DNA from: an uncultured delta proteobacterium
Lineage (GTDB): Bacteria; Desulfobacterota; Binatia; UBA9968
Assembly: GCA_963816145.1 (NCBI GenBank)
Contig: CAWFJP010000001.1
Location: 32,001-96,000 of the forward strand
Length of the DNA: 64,000 nucleotides
Direction of reading: 5' to 3'
Positions within the stretch are counted from its first letter, which is position 1. Every line of letters starts with the position of its first letter. Below are positions 50,995 to 60,038 of the stretch, one piece after another. Below the pieces are notes generated by a model, which ran no database searches, was not told the DNA's origin, and was given only the letters and a program-made list of their open reading frames with translations. A program made the position numbers and the translations under genes.

Positions 50995-52353
50995 TTATCC
51001 TTCCACGCCCAATTTTTCGATTTTGCGATAAAGTGTCGACAAGCTCAGCCCGAGCAACTCCGCGGCGCGGATCTTATCTCCGGCGGTCTTGCCCAGGGTC
51101 CGCTCGATGTGGGTTTTCTCGTAGAGTTCGATCGCCTTGGTCAAATTATCTTCCAAACTATAATCGCCGTCGGCCGCAGCGTAACTATGGCCTGGCAGAT
51201 CCGCCGGCGCGATCCATTCACCGTTGCCGAGAATCATCGCGCGCTCGAGCACGTTGTCGAGCTCGCGAATGTTACCCTTCCAGGGCAACGACATGAGGAT
51301 GCGCATGGTCGCGCTGTCGACGCCCTTGTAAGCGGTTTTCATCTCGATATTATGGCGGTGGATCAGATGTTCGACCAGCGCCGGCAGATCTTCGAGCCGC
51401 TTGCGCAGCGGCGGGATGTCGATTTCAAAAACACAGAGCCGGTAGTAGAGATCTTCGCGAAAGCGCCCCGCCTCCACTTCTGCTTTCAAATCGCGGTTGG
51501 ACGCCGCCAAGATGCGCACGTTGACCTTCACCGGATTGGTCGAGCCCACCGGCAAGACAGTCTTTTCTTCCAGCACGCGCAGAAGTTTCGGTTGCAGGCT
51601 CATCGGCATCTCGCCGATCTCGTCGAGAAAAATCGTCCCGCCGCGGGCGCGCTGAAATAAACCTTCTTGAGAATTGACCGCGCCGGTGAACGAGCCTTTC
51701 ATATGGCCGAACAGTTGGCTTTCCAATAAGTTCTCGGGAATCGCGCTACAGTTGATCGGCAGAAAGACATTGTCCTTGCCCAAGCTATTGGCGTGGATGG
51801 TGCGGGCGACGACTTCCTTGCCGACGCCGCTCTCGCCGCTGATCAAAACAGTGGTCGGCGTCGGCGCCACCTTCATGATCATCTTGACGATTTCCTGCAT
51901 CGCCGGACTGCGCCCGAGCGGCCGGTCGGGAGCAAAATGGCCGCTGACTTCGCGCCGCAAAAGCTGGTTCTCCCAAGCCAGTTGCCGATGGCTCATGAGG
52001 TTTTGAATTTTGCGCAGGACATCGTCGAAGACCAACGGCTTGAGCATGTAATCCTGGGCGCCGGCGCGGATCGCCTCGACGGCGGTTTCCACCGAGGCGT
52101 GGGCGGTCATCAGCACGACCAAGGTCTGCGGCGAGACTTCACGGACATGCTTGAGCACGGCCAAGCCGTCCGCCCCCGGCATCATCAGGTCGGTCAAGAC
52201 CACATCGAGATCGAGCTGATTGATTTTGCTGATCCCCTCTTGCCCGTCGGCGGCCTCATGCACGTCGTAGCCTTCACCGCGGAGCAGCTCAACGAGGCTT
52301 TCGCGAGCGCTCTCCTGATCTTCGACCACAAGTATGTTGCCGTTTGAGCTCAT
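50995..52353 (-). CDS. Sigma-54-dependent response regulator (NtrC/AtoC family)
   Basis: Receiver DLMMP; AAA+ GESGVGKE, GSFTGA, FLDEIGE, FREDLYYRL, WKGNIREL; Fis-type HTH. Confidence 0.95.
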   Translation of the reverse strand: MSSNGNILVVEDQESARESLVELLRGEGYDVHEAADGQEGISKINQLDLDVVLTDLMMPGADGLAVLKHVREVSPQTLVVLMTAHASVETAVEAIRAGAQDYMLKPLVFDDVLRKIQNLMSHRQLAWENQLLRREVSGHFAPDRPLGRSPAMQEIVKMIMKVAPTPTTVLISGESGVGKEVVARTIHANSLGKDNVFLPINCSAIPENLLESQLFGHMKGSFTGAVNSQEGLFQRARGGTIFLDEIGEMPMSLQPKLLRVLEEKTVLPVGSTNPVKVNVRILAASNRDLKAEVEAGRFREDLYYRLCVFEIDIPPLRKRLEDLPALVEHLIHRHNIEMKTAYKGVDSATMRILMSLPWKGNIRELDNVLERAMILGNGEWIAPADLPGHSYAAADGDYSLEDNLTKAIELYEKTHIERTLGKTAGDKIRAAELLGLSLSTLYRKIEKLGVEG

Positions 52354-52364
52354 CGGGTTGCTAT

Positions 52365-52408
52365 TTGCACTTGTGCAAAATCGCCCTTCGCCTTTCGCAA
52401 ATTTGCAA
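52365..52408. promoter_or_regulatory. Putative tandem binding sites immediately upstream of the activator gene
   Basis: TTGCA-CTTG-TGCAA (52365) and TCGCA-AATT-TGCAA (52395), 30 bp apart. Confidence 0.6.
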
Positions 52409-52487
52409 AGAAATAGCCATTCGCCTGCGTGATACTTTCTTGAGCGGGTAATTCAGCAATTAACAGGCCAGCAGGCTTTGGGTCATC

Positions 52488-54867
52488 TCATAAGATGGCC
52501 GGCAATTGGATCGAAAATGTCGTCCCCTTGCCCGCTTGGCTGCTGTAGCCGATGCTGCCGCCATGGGCCGCGAGGATTTGCCGGACAATGGTCATACCGA
52601 TGCCGGTGCCAAAGGATTTCGTTGTAAAGAACGGTTCGAAGATGTCAACCTCGGACGGTATCCCCGCGCCGGTGTCGGTAACTTGCAAAGTCACCGCCGC
52701 CTTGTCGGTCGATCCGGCAAACATGAGACGGCCGCCCGTCGGCATCGCCTCGACGGCGTTCTTAGCTAGGTTCAAGATCACTTGTTTCATCTTGTCGATA
52801 TCGACGCGTACTTTCGGCAGGTCCGGGGCGAATCGCGTTTCGATCTTCACGCCGCGCTCTGCATATTCGGGTATTTCGATCTCGATCGCTTCCGCGACAA
52901 GCTCGGCCAAACTGACAGTTTGAAAATGGTAAGTCTCCTTGCGCGACAGCGAGCGAAAATCTTGCAGCAGCGAATTGAGCCGGGAGATTTCGCTCTTCAG
53001 CCGCATCAATGTCGATGACACCTGGTCGTCCAGCGCCGGCAACTGCTTTCTCAGACGTTGCTCCAGCAGCTGGATTGTCAATGACATGCCGTTCAGTGGA
53101 TTGCCCAGTTCATGGCCAAATTTTGCCGCCATAGTGCCGATGGTCGCCAAGCGCTCGCTCTCCACCGCCAGTTGCTGCAAGTGGCTCTTGTCGGAAATAT
53201 CGCGGATAAATGCGCCGTATTGAACTTCCTCAACCGTGGGAATTTTCGCCACTGACAACTCGATCGGAAAGGTCTCGCCGTTCTTGCGCTTGGCGGTTAC
53301 CGTACGGATACGGCCGATGGCATGAGCTTCGCCGGTCCGTTCGTACCGTTCGATGTAGCCGTCATGCTCCGAGGTATAGGGCTCGGGCATGAGCATGTTG
53401 ACTTTCTGACCGACTACCTCTTCCGGCTGGTAGCCGAAGATCCGTTGCGCCGCTGGATTGAACAGGACGATTCGCGCCTGCCGATCGATGGACACCACCG
53501 CATCTTGGGTCGTTTCGATCAGACTGCGCACCCAGGCTTCGGCGCGCCGCTGCTCGGTCACGTCGCGCATGACCACTTGGACCGCTGTGCCGTCATCCCA
53601 TGCCAGCGGCGCGGCAACGGTCTCGGCATAGACAAACGAACCGTCGAGACGGACTCGGCGTTGAATACTCGGCGGGTTGGGCTGGCCCGACGCCAGCGCG
53701 CGCTCGTAGCGCTGCTCGACTTCGGCTTTTCGTTCCGGTTCGACGAACTCGAACGGCGAGCAGCCGAGTAGATCTTCCGGCGAAGCCGCGCCGAGAATAC
53801 GGGCCGCCGCGTTGTTGACGTAGACGATTTTCTTTTTGAAAACAACCAACACCGCGTCCGGGTTGACCTCGACCAGAGTTTGATAGCGCGACTGCGCCGC
53901 TCTGAGTTCCGCTTCAACGGTTGTGCGGTGCTGGAGTTCCGTCGAAAGCTCGCGGGTTCCCTGCTGCCACGCGCAAGGCCAAGCGCGCATCGCGAAACGA
54001 CACCAGATAGCCGATCGCGCTGAGGAACAGCGCACTGGCGAGCATACCGATATCGAAGATCACCAAGTCGCGGCGGATCGCGCCGTTCCAACCCTTGACC
54101 GGAATTGCGGCAAGCTCCCAGTGCCCGTCCGGCAGATTGATGCGGTGGACAACCGGACTAGAATCGAAGACCATCTGATTACCGAAGAACACGCGTCCGC
54201 GTCCGTCCCTAAGCGCCAGTTGCGTGCGTTGCTGATTTGTTATTCCGACCTCAGCCAAGATCGGCGGTAAGTCGAGCGCTACATTGACGAAACCCCAGAA
54301 ACTATTCTTGGTGAAATATCGCTAATCGAGCGATCGCGCCGAATCCACCTACCAGCAACTCATAGGGGCCGCTAATAACGATCTTACGCGTTTTGATCGC
54401 ACGTGCGACATCTTCGATCGCACTTCAGCATGGGATGGTTGAAGACATTGCGCCCCAGGATCGCCTCGTTGCCGACCCGCGGATAGACGAGCCCAACCAT
54501 CCCGCCGGCGCGAAGAGAAATTACGTACACCAACAACGCTTTCGGTAAGTCGACGGGCAAACGGTACGAAGTTGTTGGCAATCTCCGTCTTTGAGGAAAT
54601 GGTAGCGACCCAGCCGCGCAAAACCGTAAGATCAGATCGAAACGCCGCGTAGGTCGATTGTCAGCGCGTTGCCGTAGGGATCAAGTTCAGCGGCCAGGTC
54701 GCTGCGCAGTTCGATCAGCAGAAGTTGCGATACCAGACATGAACGCCCCACGAGAGTATCGCCAAAAGCGCGACGAAGATGAGAAGCGCAACTGCCAGAG
54801 CCTTGCGCCTCGGCGGCGCCAAGTAGCTGGAAACTGGACCAGTATCAATTGGGATGGAATCCGCCAC
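52488..54867 (-). CDS. CHASE-PAS-PAS histidine kinase with FixL-type heme PAS; N-terminal part broken by several frameshifts
   Basis: HELGNPL H-box, NLAKNA, DTGAGI, FEPFFTTK..GTGIG; PAS LMPEPYTSEHDGYIERY..TG..HAIGRIR; CHASE/TM fragments in shifting frames 53960-54867. Confidence 0.8.
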
Positions 54868-54960
54868 GCGATATATTTCGCATTGTCGCGAAATGAATTC
54901 AAACTCGCTCCTGGCAGCGTCAACACAAAGCACAGCCGATCGGCGTGGAAGCCAAATCTG

Positions 54961-55094
54961 GGTAGTGGTTCAGTTAGATAGAGATCTCTCACTTTGTTCG
55001 AGATGACAAGGCGACTATTCTGCTGTCATTTCGAGCGAAGCGAGAAATCTTTCTCAGGCCGAAAACTTCTGCCCACTCAAACGGAACCATTAGC
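54961..55094. mobile_element. 134-bp MITE with IS1-like ends carrying a REP-like doublet
   Basis: Imperfect TIRs GGTAGTGGTTCAGTTAGA / TCAAACGGAACCATTAGC; 8-bp target duplication CAAATCTG. Confidence 0.75.
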
Positions 55095-55105
55095 CAAATC
55101 TGCGG

Positions 55106-55537
55106 TCACTTGCTACCATGGCAAGAGTCGCACGCCCCACGCACTAGCGCGGCGAGCAAAAAATTTGGCGGATCACGCTCGATGCCTTCCCTGGCAAGCT
55201 TTAGATCGCTGCGGAACTTCGGTAGATTCATATCAACCTTCGGATGGTTGGTCGAAAAGCCGGACTGGTCGAGTTTCACTGCCAACGATTCCATGGCGCG
55301 CAGGTGCTCGATTATTTCGCGTCGATGCTTCTCCGGCGCTTCGTCTTGCAGCATTAACTCATCCAGCTGGCGCGAATGAAGCGCCAATTGGCGCATGGTC
55401 GCGCGCACTTCATCGCGCTGAACGTAACGAAACTCCGAAGGATAGGTGTACTGGCGCACCCACCGAGCCATATCCGAGCAGCCTGACAACTGCACGGCAA
55501 TCACCATTGCCAACATCAAACGGTAACCCACTGCCAC
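55106..55537 (-). CDS. Class II (helical, C-terminal heme) c-type cytochrome lipoprotein
   Basis: Lipobox LSGC, helical body, C-terminal ACDSCH. Confidence 0.75.
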   Translation of the reverse strand: MAVGYRLMLAMVIAVQLSGCSDMARWVRQYTYPSEFRYVQRDEVRATMRQLALHSRQLDELMLQDEAPEKHRREIIEHLRAMESLAVKLDQSGFSTNHPKVDMNLPKFRSDLKLAREGIERDPPNFLLAALVRGACDSCHGSK

Positions 55538-55579
55538 CTCCCGGATTTCATCAGATAACCAACTGCAGCAATTGACTAC

Positions 55580-55594
55580 GCATTCTTCTTGCCA
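55580..55594 (-). promoter_or_regulatory. Sigma-54 promoter
   Basis: TGGCA-AGAAGA-ATGC. Confidence 0.55.
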
Positions 55595-55718
55595 AAGTCA
55601 CTGGACCCGCCTGCTCGCGATGGACTCAATCTTGCTCGGTTGGAGCATCAGCGGTCTACGACAGTCTATTCTTAGAAGAAATGGGAAAACACGACCGATA
55701 TTGTTCCCAAACTCGGGA

Positions 55719-56126
55719 ATGGACGATGACAGAGTGATAACCCAAACGCTAACCCCGGGGATCCTGGTTGCCGAAAGAGAAGCGACGGCGCGCACCAGTT
55801 TAAGCGAACTCTTGCGCGAAGAAGGTTACCGGGTGGTCGAAGCTGCCGACAGCGCTACGGCAGTCAATGAGCTCGGCCGTGATTCAAGCATCAAGGTAGT
55901 CCTTGCAGATCTGGAAATGCCATCGTGGCCCAGCATTATTCAACATGCCCGCAGCCAACTGCCCGAATCGTTCATTCTCGGCATGCTACGTTACGGCGCT
56001 CTCGCCAATGCTCTCGAAGCCCAACGCCTCGGTGCTCAAGCTTATTTAGTTAAGCCTTTGGACTTTGCCGAGGTGAACCAGTGGATTCGACGCTACCTCA
56101 CCGGCCAGTCGTCGATCAAAATCTGA
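55719..56126 (+). CDS. Stand-alone response regulator receiver domain
   Basis: VVLADLEMP and YLVKP motifs; atypical acidic pocket ILVAERE. Confidence 0.8.
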   Translation: MDDDRVITQTLTPGILVAEREATARTSLSELLREEGYRVVEAADSATAVNELGRDSSIKVVLADLEMPSWPSIIQHARSQLPESFILGMLRYGALANALEAQRLGAQAYLVKPLDFAEVNQWIRRYLTGQSSIKI

Positions 56127-56133
56127 TCGCAAC

Positions 56134-56148
56134 TGGCATCTTCTTTGC
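56134..56148 (+). promoter_or_regulatory. Sigma-54 promoter
   Basis: TGGCA-TCTTCT-TTGC. Confidence 0.75.
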
Positions 56149-56197
56149 TCATGTTATCTAGCAGGTTAATACCGGTGGGCTTAAACCCGAGGTAGTT

Positions 56198-56308
56198 ATG
56201 GCAAACGAAAATGAACTCTTTTTTCTAGTTCTGATCATCGTCTTAACCATGATCATGCACTTCATTCTCGCGTGGAAGGGATCGGGCCCTCATAGCAAGA
56301 CTAAGTAG
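56198..56308 (+). CDS. 36-aa single-pass membrane peptide (not in ORF track)
   Basis: GAGGT RBS; MANENELFFLVLIIVLTMIMHFILAWKGSGPHSKTK. Confidence 0.6.
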   Translation: MANENELFFLVLIIVLTMIMHFILAWKGSGPHSKTK

Positions 56309-56332
56309 ACGAATTACTTACCAGCGCGAGGG

Positions 56333-57469
56333 TCAGCGGCTGGATTTGCGCTGCGGCGCAGTGAGAGATTTGCCGGCGACGAAAGCTTGGCAATCCCTTT
56401 CGTCGGTGAGCGGGCAATAGCGTCTGAGCAACGTATCGTGACAGCTGTAGCGGTACGGAAAGCGATGCAGGTAGGCGGATCGCACCACGCTGCCAAGCTC
56501 CTCGGCGGACAATTCGATGCGGTTTTTGCCGTTCCATTCGCGCAACTTGTTTTCGCACTCCGCAGCGCTCAATCCGAGCAACCGCAGCTCCGAAGCCAGG
56601 CGAATCGCGCAGTTATTGCGGTAGCCCGGCTCGATATGGCGCTGCCAGATCGCTTGGGCGCCGGCGCAAGGGAATTGCATCTCGGTTAGATTCATTGGCC
56701 GGCTGAAGCGATAGTCGAAAGGCCGCCGCGTTAGCTTTTTGAACTGGCGCTGAATGCGCCCGAGCAATTCACCGGCGGCAAGATTTTCCGCGACCGCCGC
56801 TTGCGACAGCAATCCGGTTTCATCCGTCAACAGCAGAGGAATGGCCTGCTTTGCCCGTTGACGAATCTGGTCGGCATTGAGCTTTAGCAAATCCGCCGGC
56901 GCAAGCAGCGTTTTGTAAAGCTGCGATTTCTCATGAACCGTATTGGGCAAGCGCAAAAGGCGCATGCGGTCTTTTATCGATAGGTCGACGACATCGCGCA
57001 GTCGCTCGGGCAGCTGCTGGGCGACATGACGCCGCAGCGCGTCGAAGATCATGGGCCAGTTGCGCGCCGGCGCCATTTTACCGAACAGCCGGGTGTCCAG
57101 CATGAAATGAAAACCCTTGGCGCCGCTGAAATAGATCTGCAAGCCATTGGGATCGATGCGCCAGCGGTCAAGGAATAGGTCGCCGAGCAAGCGCGCGCAT
57201 TCCAGCGCCGGCAGCAAATCCGGATGATCTATATCGATCGGCAGATAGGGCGCCCAGACCTTGCCTTGGTAGCCGGAAACGCTCGGCGCCGCGGCGGTTT
57301 GCGCGCTCATGTATGTCAGCAGCTCGTCGGAAAAGAAAAAATAGCTGCTGTAGCAGCCGAAGTATTTGAACTTTTCCAGCAGCCCCGGCACATCGGTAAC
57401 CGGCACGACATGGTTGCGAAAACCCTTCTGGTAATGGGCGGCAAAATCGACCAAGCGATAGCGGCTCAT
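56333..57469 (-). CDS. Archaeo-eukaryotic primase (AEP)/primase-polymerase with PriCT-like Cys-rich C-terminal domain
   Basis: Motif I PIDID, motif II FSGAKGFH, motif III VDLSIKDRMRLLRLPNT.HEKS.LYK; GYRNN...LAS helical domain. Confidence 0.85.
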   Translation of the reverse strand: MSRYRLVDFAAHYQKGFRNHVVPVTDVPGLLEKFKYFGCYSSYFFFSDELLTYMSAQTAAAPSVSGYQGKVWAPYLPIDIDHPDLLPALECARLLGDLFLDRWRIDPNGLQIYFSGAKGFHFMLDTRLFGKMAPARNWPMIFDALRRHVAQQLPERLRDVVDLSIKDRMRLLRLPNTVHEKSQLYKTLLAPADLLKLNADQIRQRAKQAIPLLLTDETGLLSQAAVAENLAAGELLGRIQRQFKKLTRRPFDYRFSRPMNLTEMQFPCAGAQAIWQRHIEPGYRNNCAIRLASELRLLGLSAAECENKLREWNGKNRIELSAEELGSVVRSAYLHRFPYRYSCHDTLLRRYCPLTDERDCQAFVAGKSLTAPQRKSSR

Positions 57470-57475
57470 GGAGCG

Positions 57476-57481
57476 ATTATA
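57476..57481 (-). promoter_or_regulatory. Sigma-70 -10 box, probable leaderless transcript of the AEP gene
   Basis: TATAAT separated from the ATG by 6 nt; no RBS. Confidence 0.5.
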
Positions 57482-57602
57482 ACGCGCTGATTGCCGACCG
57501 CGAAGCGGCGGCAGCCAAAGCATCGCCGCCGACCCGGCTGGTTTTACTGAAGCCATGTTATCTAGAAAATGCAAAATACGCGCCCTCGATTCACAAGCAA
57601 TT

Positions 57603-57648
57603 TCTCACCGGCGCAAAGCGATCATGGCGAATATTCTCAGTTCTGACG
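57603..57648. promoter_or_regulatory. Putative tandem upstream activator sites
   Basis: TCTCA-CCGG-CGCAA (57603) and TCTCA-GTTC-TGACG (57635), 32 bp apart. Confidence 0.55.
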
Positions 57649-57652
57649 ACCG

Positions 57653-57792
57653 GTGTTCTAATTCAGAAATTCGTTGATCAAAAACTGTGTTGATTCAGAA
57701 AATCCCCCCTTTGGAAAAGGGGGGAAAGGGGGGATTTTCTTGAGCGTACCGACTGCAAATCCCCCTCAGTCCCCCTTTTTCCAAGGGGGAGG
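57653..57792. repeat. CCCCCTTT..AAGGGGG hairpin doublet with an IS630-like left end
   Basis: Two inverted hairpins 57700-57792; GTGTTCTAATTCAGAAATTCG resembles the end at 63081. Confidence 0.7.
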
Positions 57793-57892
57793 TTTGGAAC
57801 GATTTAGCCAAGGTAATTATCGGCCAGGCCAATCGTCGGATCGGAGAGCGGCGAAGCGCAAAATCAATCGAACAGCTCGGGCCAAAATTACG

Positions 57893-57907
57893 TGGCATAG
57901 CTCCTGC
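57893..57907 (+). promoter_or_regulatory. Sigma-54 promoter (BON-FmdB-CBS operon)
   Basis: TGGCA-TAGCTC-CTGC. Confidence 0.7.
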
Positions 57908-57935
57908 AAAGTCTCTACTCGGAGGCCATGGGTCA

Positions 57936-58709
57936 ATGCTCCACAACCAGAAAGAAGCAGCGCGCCGGCAAACCACCAAGCGACAAGTTGGCCACGGCGC
58001 AATTATTAACCGGATCGGCGCGGCGCTGGAAAAGGAAACCAGGGTCAATCTGCATCGTCATGCGATCAAGCTGGAGTTCACCGGTGACGATCTCGCGCTA
58101 ACCGGCGAGCTGGAGGATGTCGCTGCGAAAAAGATCGCCCTAGAATTGGCCGCGACGGTCGCGCCGGGAGTGGGCCTCGTCGATCGGCTGAGAGTAACGC
58201 CGGCACAGTCCATGAGCGACGCGGAATTGCGTGATCATCTGCTCAAAATATTGCTCGACGAGCCGGCGTTGGAACATTGCTTGTTGCACAGCCGGCTACC
58301 GCAACAATTACAAACCCATCGTAATGACGTCCCAGAGCCCGTCGGCACCATTGTGGTCGAAGTCCGCGACGGTGTGGTCACACTCAACGGCGAAGTACCG
58401 AGCCTGTCGCACAAGCGCCTCGCCGGCCTGCTCGCTTGGTGGGTTCCCGGCTGCCGTGACGTGATCAACGGTTTAGCCGAGGTGCCGGCGCAGAAAGACA
58501 ACGACGACGAGCTCACCGACGCGGTGCGTCTGGCTCTCAAAAAGGATCCTTTCGTCAATGCCACGAAGATGCAGGTCAGGAGCAAAAATGGCGTTGTCAC
58601 CTTAAACGGATTAGTCCCAAGCGAGACCATGCAACGAATCGCCGTGCGCGATGCTTGGTTCATATTCGGGGTCAGGGATGTCGTCAACAAGATTCAGGCC
58701 AAATGGTGA
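57936..58709 (+). CDS. Multi-BON domain protein
   Basis: Three BON repeats, e.g. DGVVTLNGEV and GVRDVVNKI. Confidence 0.88.
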   Translation: MLHNQKEAARRQTTKRQVGHGAIINRIGAALEKETRVNLHRHAIKLEFTGDDLALTGELEDVAAKKIALELAATVAPGVGLVDRLRVTPAQSMSDAELRDHLLKILLDEPALEHCLLHSRLPQQLQTHRNDVPEPVGTIVVEVRDGVVTLNGEVPSLSHKRLAGLLAWWVPGCRDVINGLAEVPAQKDNDDELTDAVRLALKKDPFVNATKMQVRSKNGVVTLNGLVPSETMQRIAVRDAWFIFGVRDVVNKIQAKW

Positions 58710-58727
58710 GGCACAGGAGAAACGGCC

Positions 58728-58901
58728 ATGCCAACCTATGAGTTCCGCTGCGAGAAGTGCGGCAAAGTATTCGAGCAAGTTTGGTCGCTGTCGGACTATG
58801 ACCGCAAGCTGAAAGAAAAACAGAAATGTCCGTCCTGCCACAGCACCCGCGTGGTCAAGACGATTTCCATGGTGCAGGTAAAAACCTCGAAGAAAAGTTG
58901 A
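58728..58901 (+). CDS. FmdB-family zinc ribbon protein, 57 aa (not in ORF track)
   Basis: AGGAG RBS; MPTYEFRCEKC...CPSC...KTSKKS. Confidence 0.88.
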   Translation: MPTYEFRCEKCGKVFEQVWSLSDYDRKLKEKQKCPSCHSTRVVKTISMVQVKTSKKS

Positions 58902-58914
58902 TGAGGGTAAGAGT

Positions 58915-59343
58915 ATGAACGCCGCCGCCCAAGCCTTCCTTGAAAAAACCGTCGCCGAAGTCATGAGCACCGATTTGATAACCTTGAAGCTCAACGACAC
59001 CCTGCGTTTGGCCGACGACATGTTCAACTTGGCGCAGGTCCGCCATTTTCCAGTTCTCGACGGCGACATGGTCGCCGGCATCGTCAATCAAGACGATCTG
59101 CTGCATGCCTCGATGGTTTCCTTGGCGCGACATCCTAACGATTCGCCGCGCGAAGCCCTCGGCGCCGTCGTGGTCAAGGACATCATGAAAACGGCGATCA
59201 CCATCAGCCCGGACCTGCCGATCCGCGCCGCCGCCAAAACCATGATCGAAAATGGTATCGAAGCTTTGTTGGTGGTGAGCGGTGAAAAGTTACTCGGCTT
59301 GGTGACGCGGACCGATTTGCTCCGCGAACTGGCCAAAGCCTGA
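58915..59343 (+). CDS. CBS domain protein
   Basis: VRHFPV and LLGLVTRTDLL CBS pair. Confidence 0.88.
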   Translation: MNAAAQAFLEKTVAEVMSTDLITLKLNDTLRLADDMFNLAQVRHFPVLDGDMVAGIVNQDDLLHASMVSLARHPNDSPREALGAVVVKDIMKTAITISPDLPIRAAAKTMIENGIEALLVVSGEKLLGLVTRTDLLRELAKA

Positions 59344-59362
59344 GACGAGAGAGGAGCAGAGT

Positions 59363-59974
59363 ATGATCGTTGGCAACCGCATGACCCAAGAACCGATCAC
59401 CGTAGACCCCGAAGATTTATCGATCCGCGCTTCGCTTAAGATGCAAGCAGGCGGGTTTCGCCGCCTGCCGGTGGTGAGCGACGGCAAGCTCGTCGGCATC
59501 ATTAGTGAGCGCGACCTGCGCGAACACCGCGGCCATCTGGAACAGATCAAAATCAACGGCATCATGACCGAAAACCCGATTACCGTAACCCCGACGACTA
59601 CCGTCGAGGAAGCCGCGCAGATCATGCTGGAACGGCGGGTCGGCGGCCTGCCGGTGGTCGCCGACGGGCGCGTGGTCGGCATCGTTACGGCAAGCGATAT
59701 TTTGCGCGCCTTCCTCGATGTAATGGGCGCATCGCATGGCGGCAGCAGCCGGATCGATTTTCTCCTCGAGGGTGAAGAGCATGGCTTCGTCGAGGCCACA
59801 CGCTTAGTCGCTCGTGAAGGCGGCGAAGTCCTAGGCGTCGGCACCTATCGGGAAAAACTTGGCGACAATCCAGTTTGCTACCTGCGCCTAGTCGGCGGCA
59901 CGCCGGATGATTTCGCCAAAGCCCTGCGCAGCAGGGGCTTCACTGTATTGGGTGTTCATAAAATCGGCGGCTAA
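59363..59974 (+). CDS. CBS plus ACT-like domain protein (AcuB-like)
   Basis: LVGIISERDL and GIVTASDILRAF followed by a GSSRID.. ACT-like domain. Confidence 0.85.
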   Translation: MIVGNRMTQEPITVDPEDLSIRASLKMQAGGFRRLPVVSDGKLVGIISERDLREHRGHLEQIKINGIMTENPITVTPTTTVEEAAQIMLERRVGGLPVVADGRVVGIVTASDILRAFLDVMGASHGGSSRIDFLLEGEEHGFVEATRLVAREGGEVLGVGTYREKLGDNPVCYLRLVGGTPDDFAKALRSRGFTVLGVHKIGG

Positions 59975-60038
59975 AGATCTAAGCGCAAACGACTTTAACT
60001 TTTTAAAGGCTTGAACCCAGCTGAGCGAGGAGGTCACG

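Noticed and set aside
56333-57792. CRISPR-associated or prophage context for the AEP gene
   Set aside because: No cas genes, repeat-spacer array, integrase or phage structural genes in the window; the nearby repeats are hairpin doublets.
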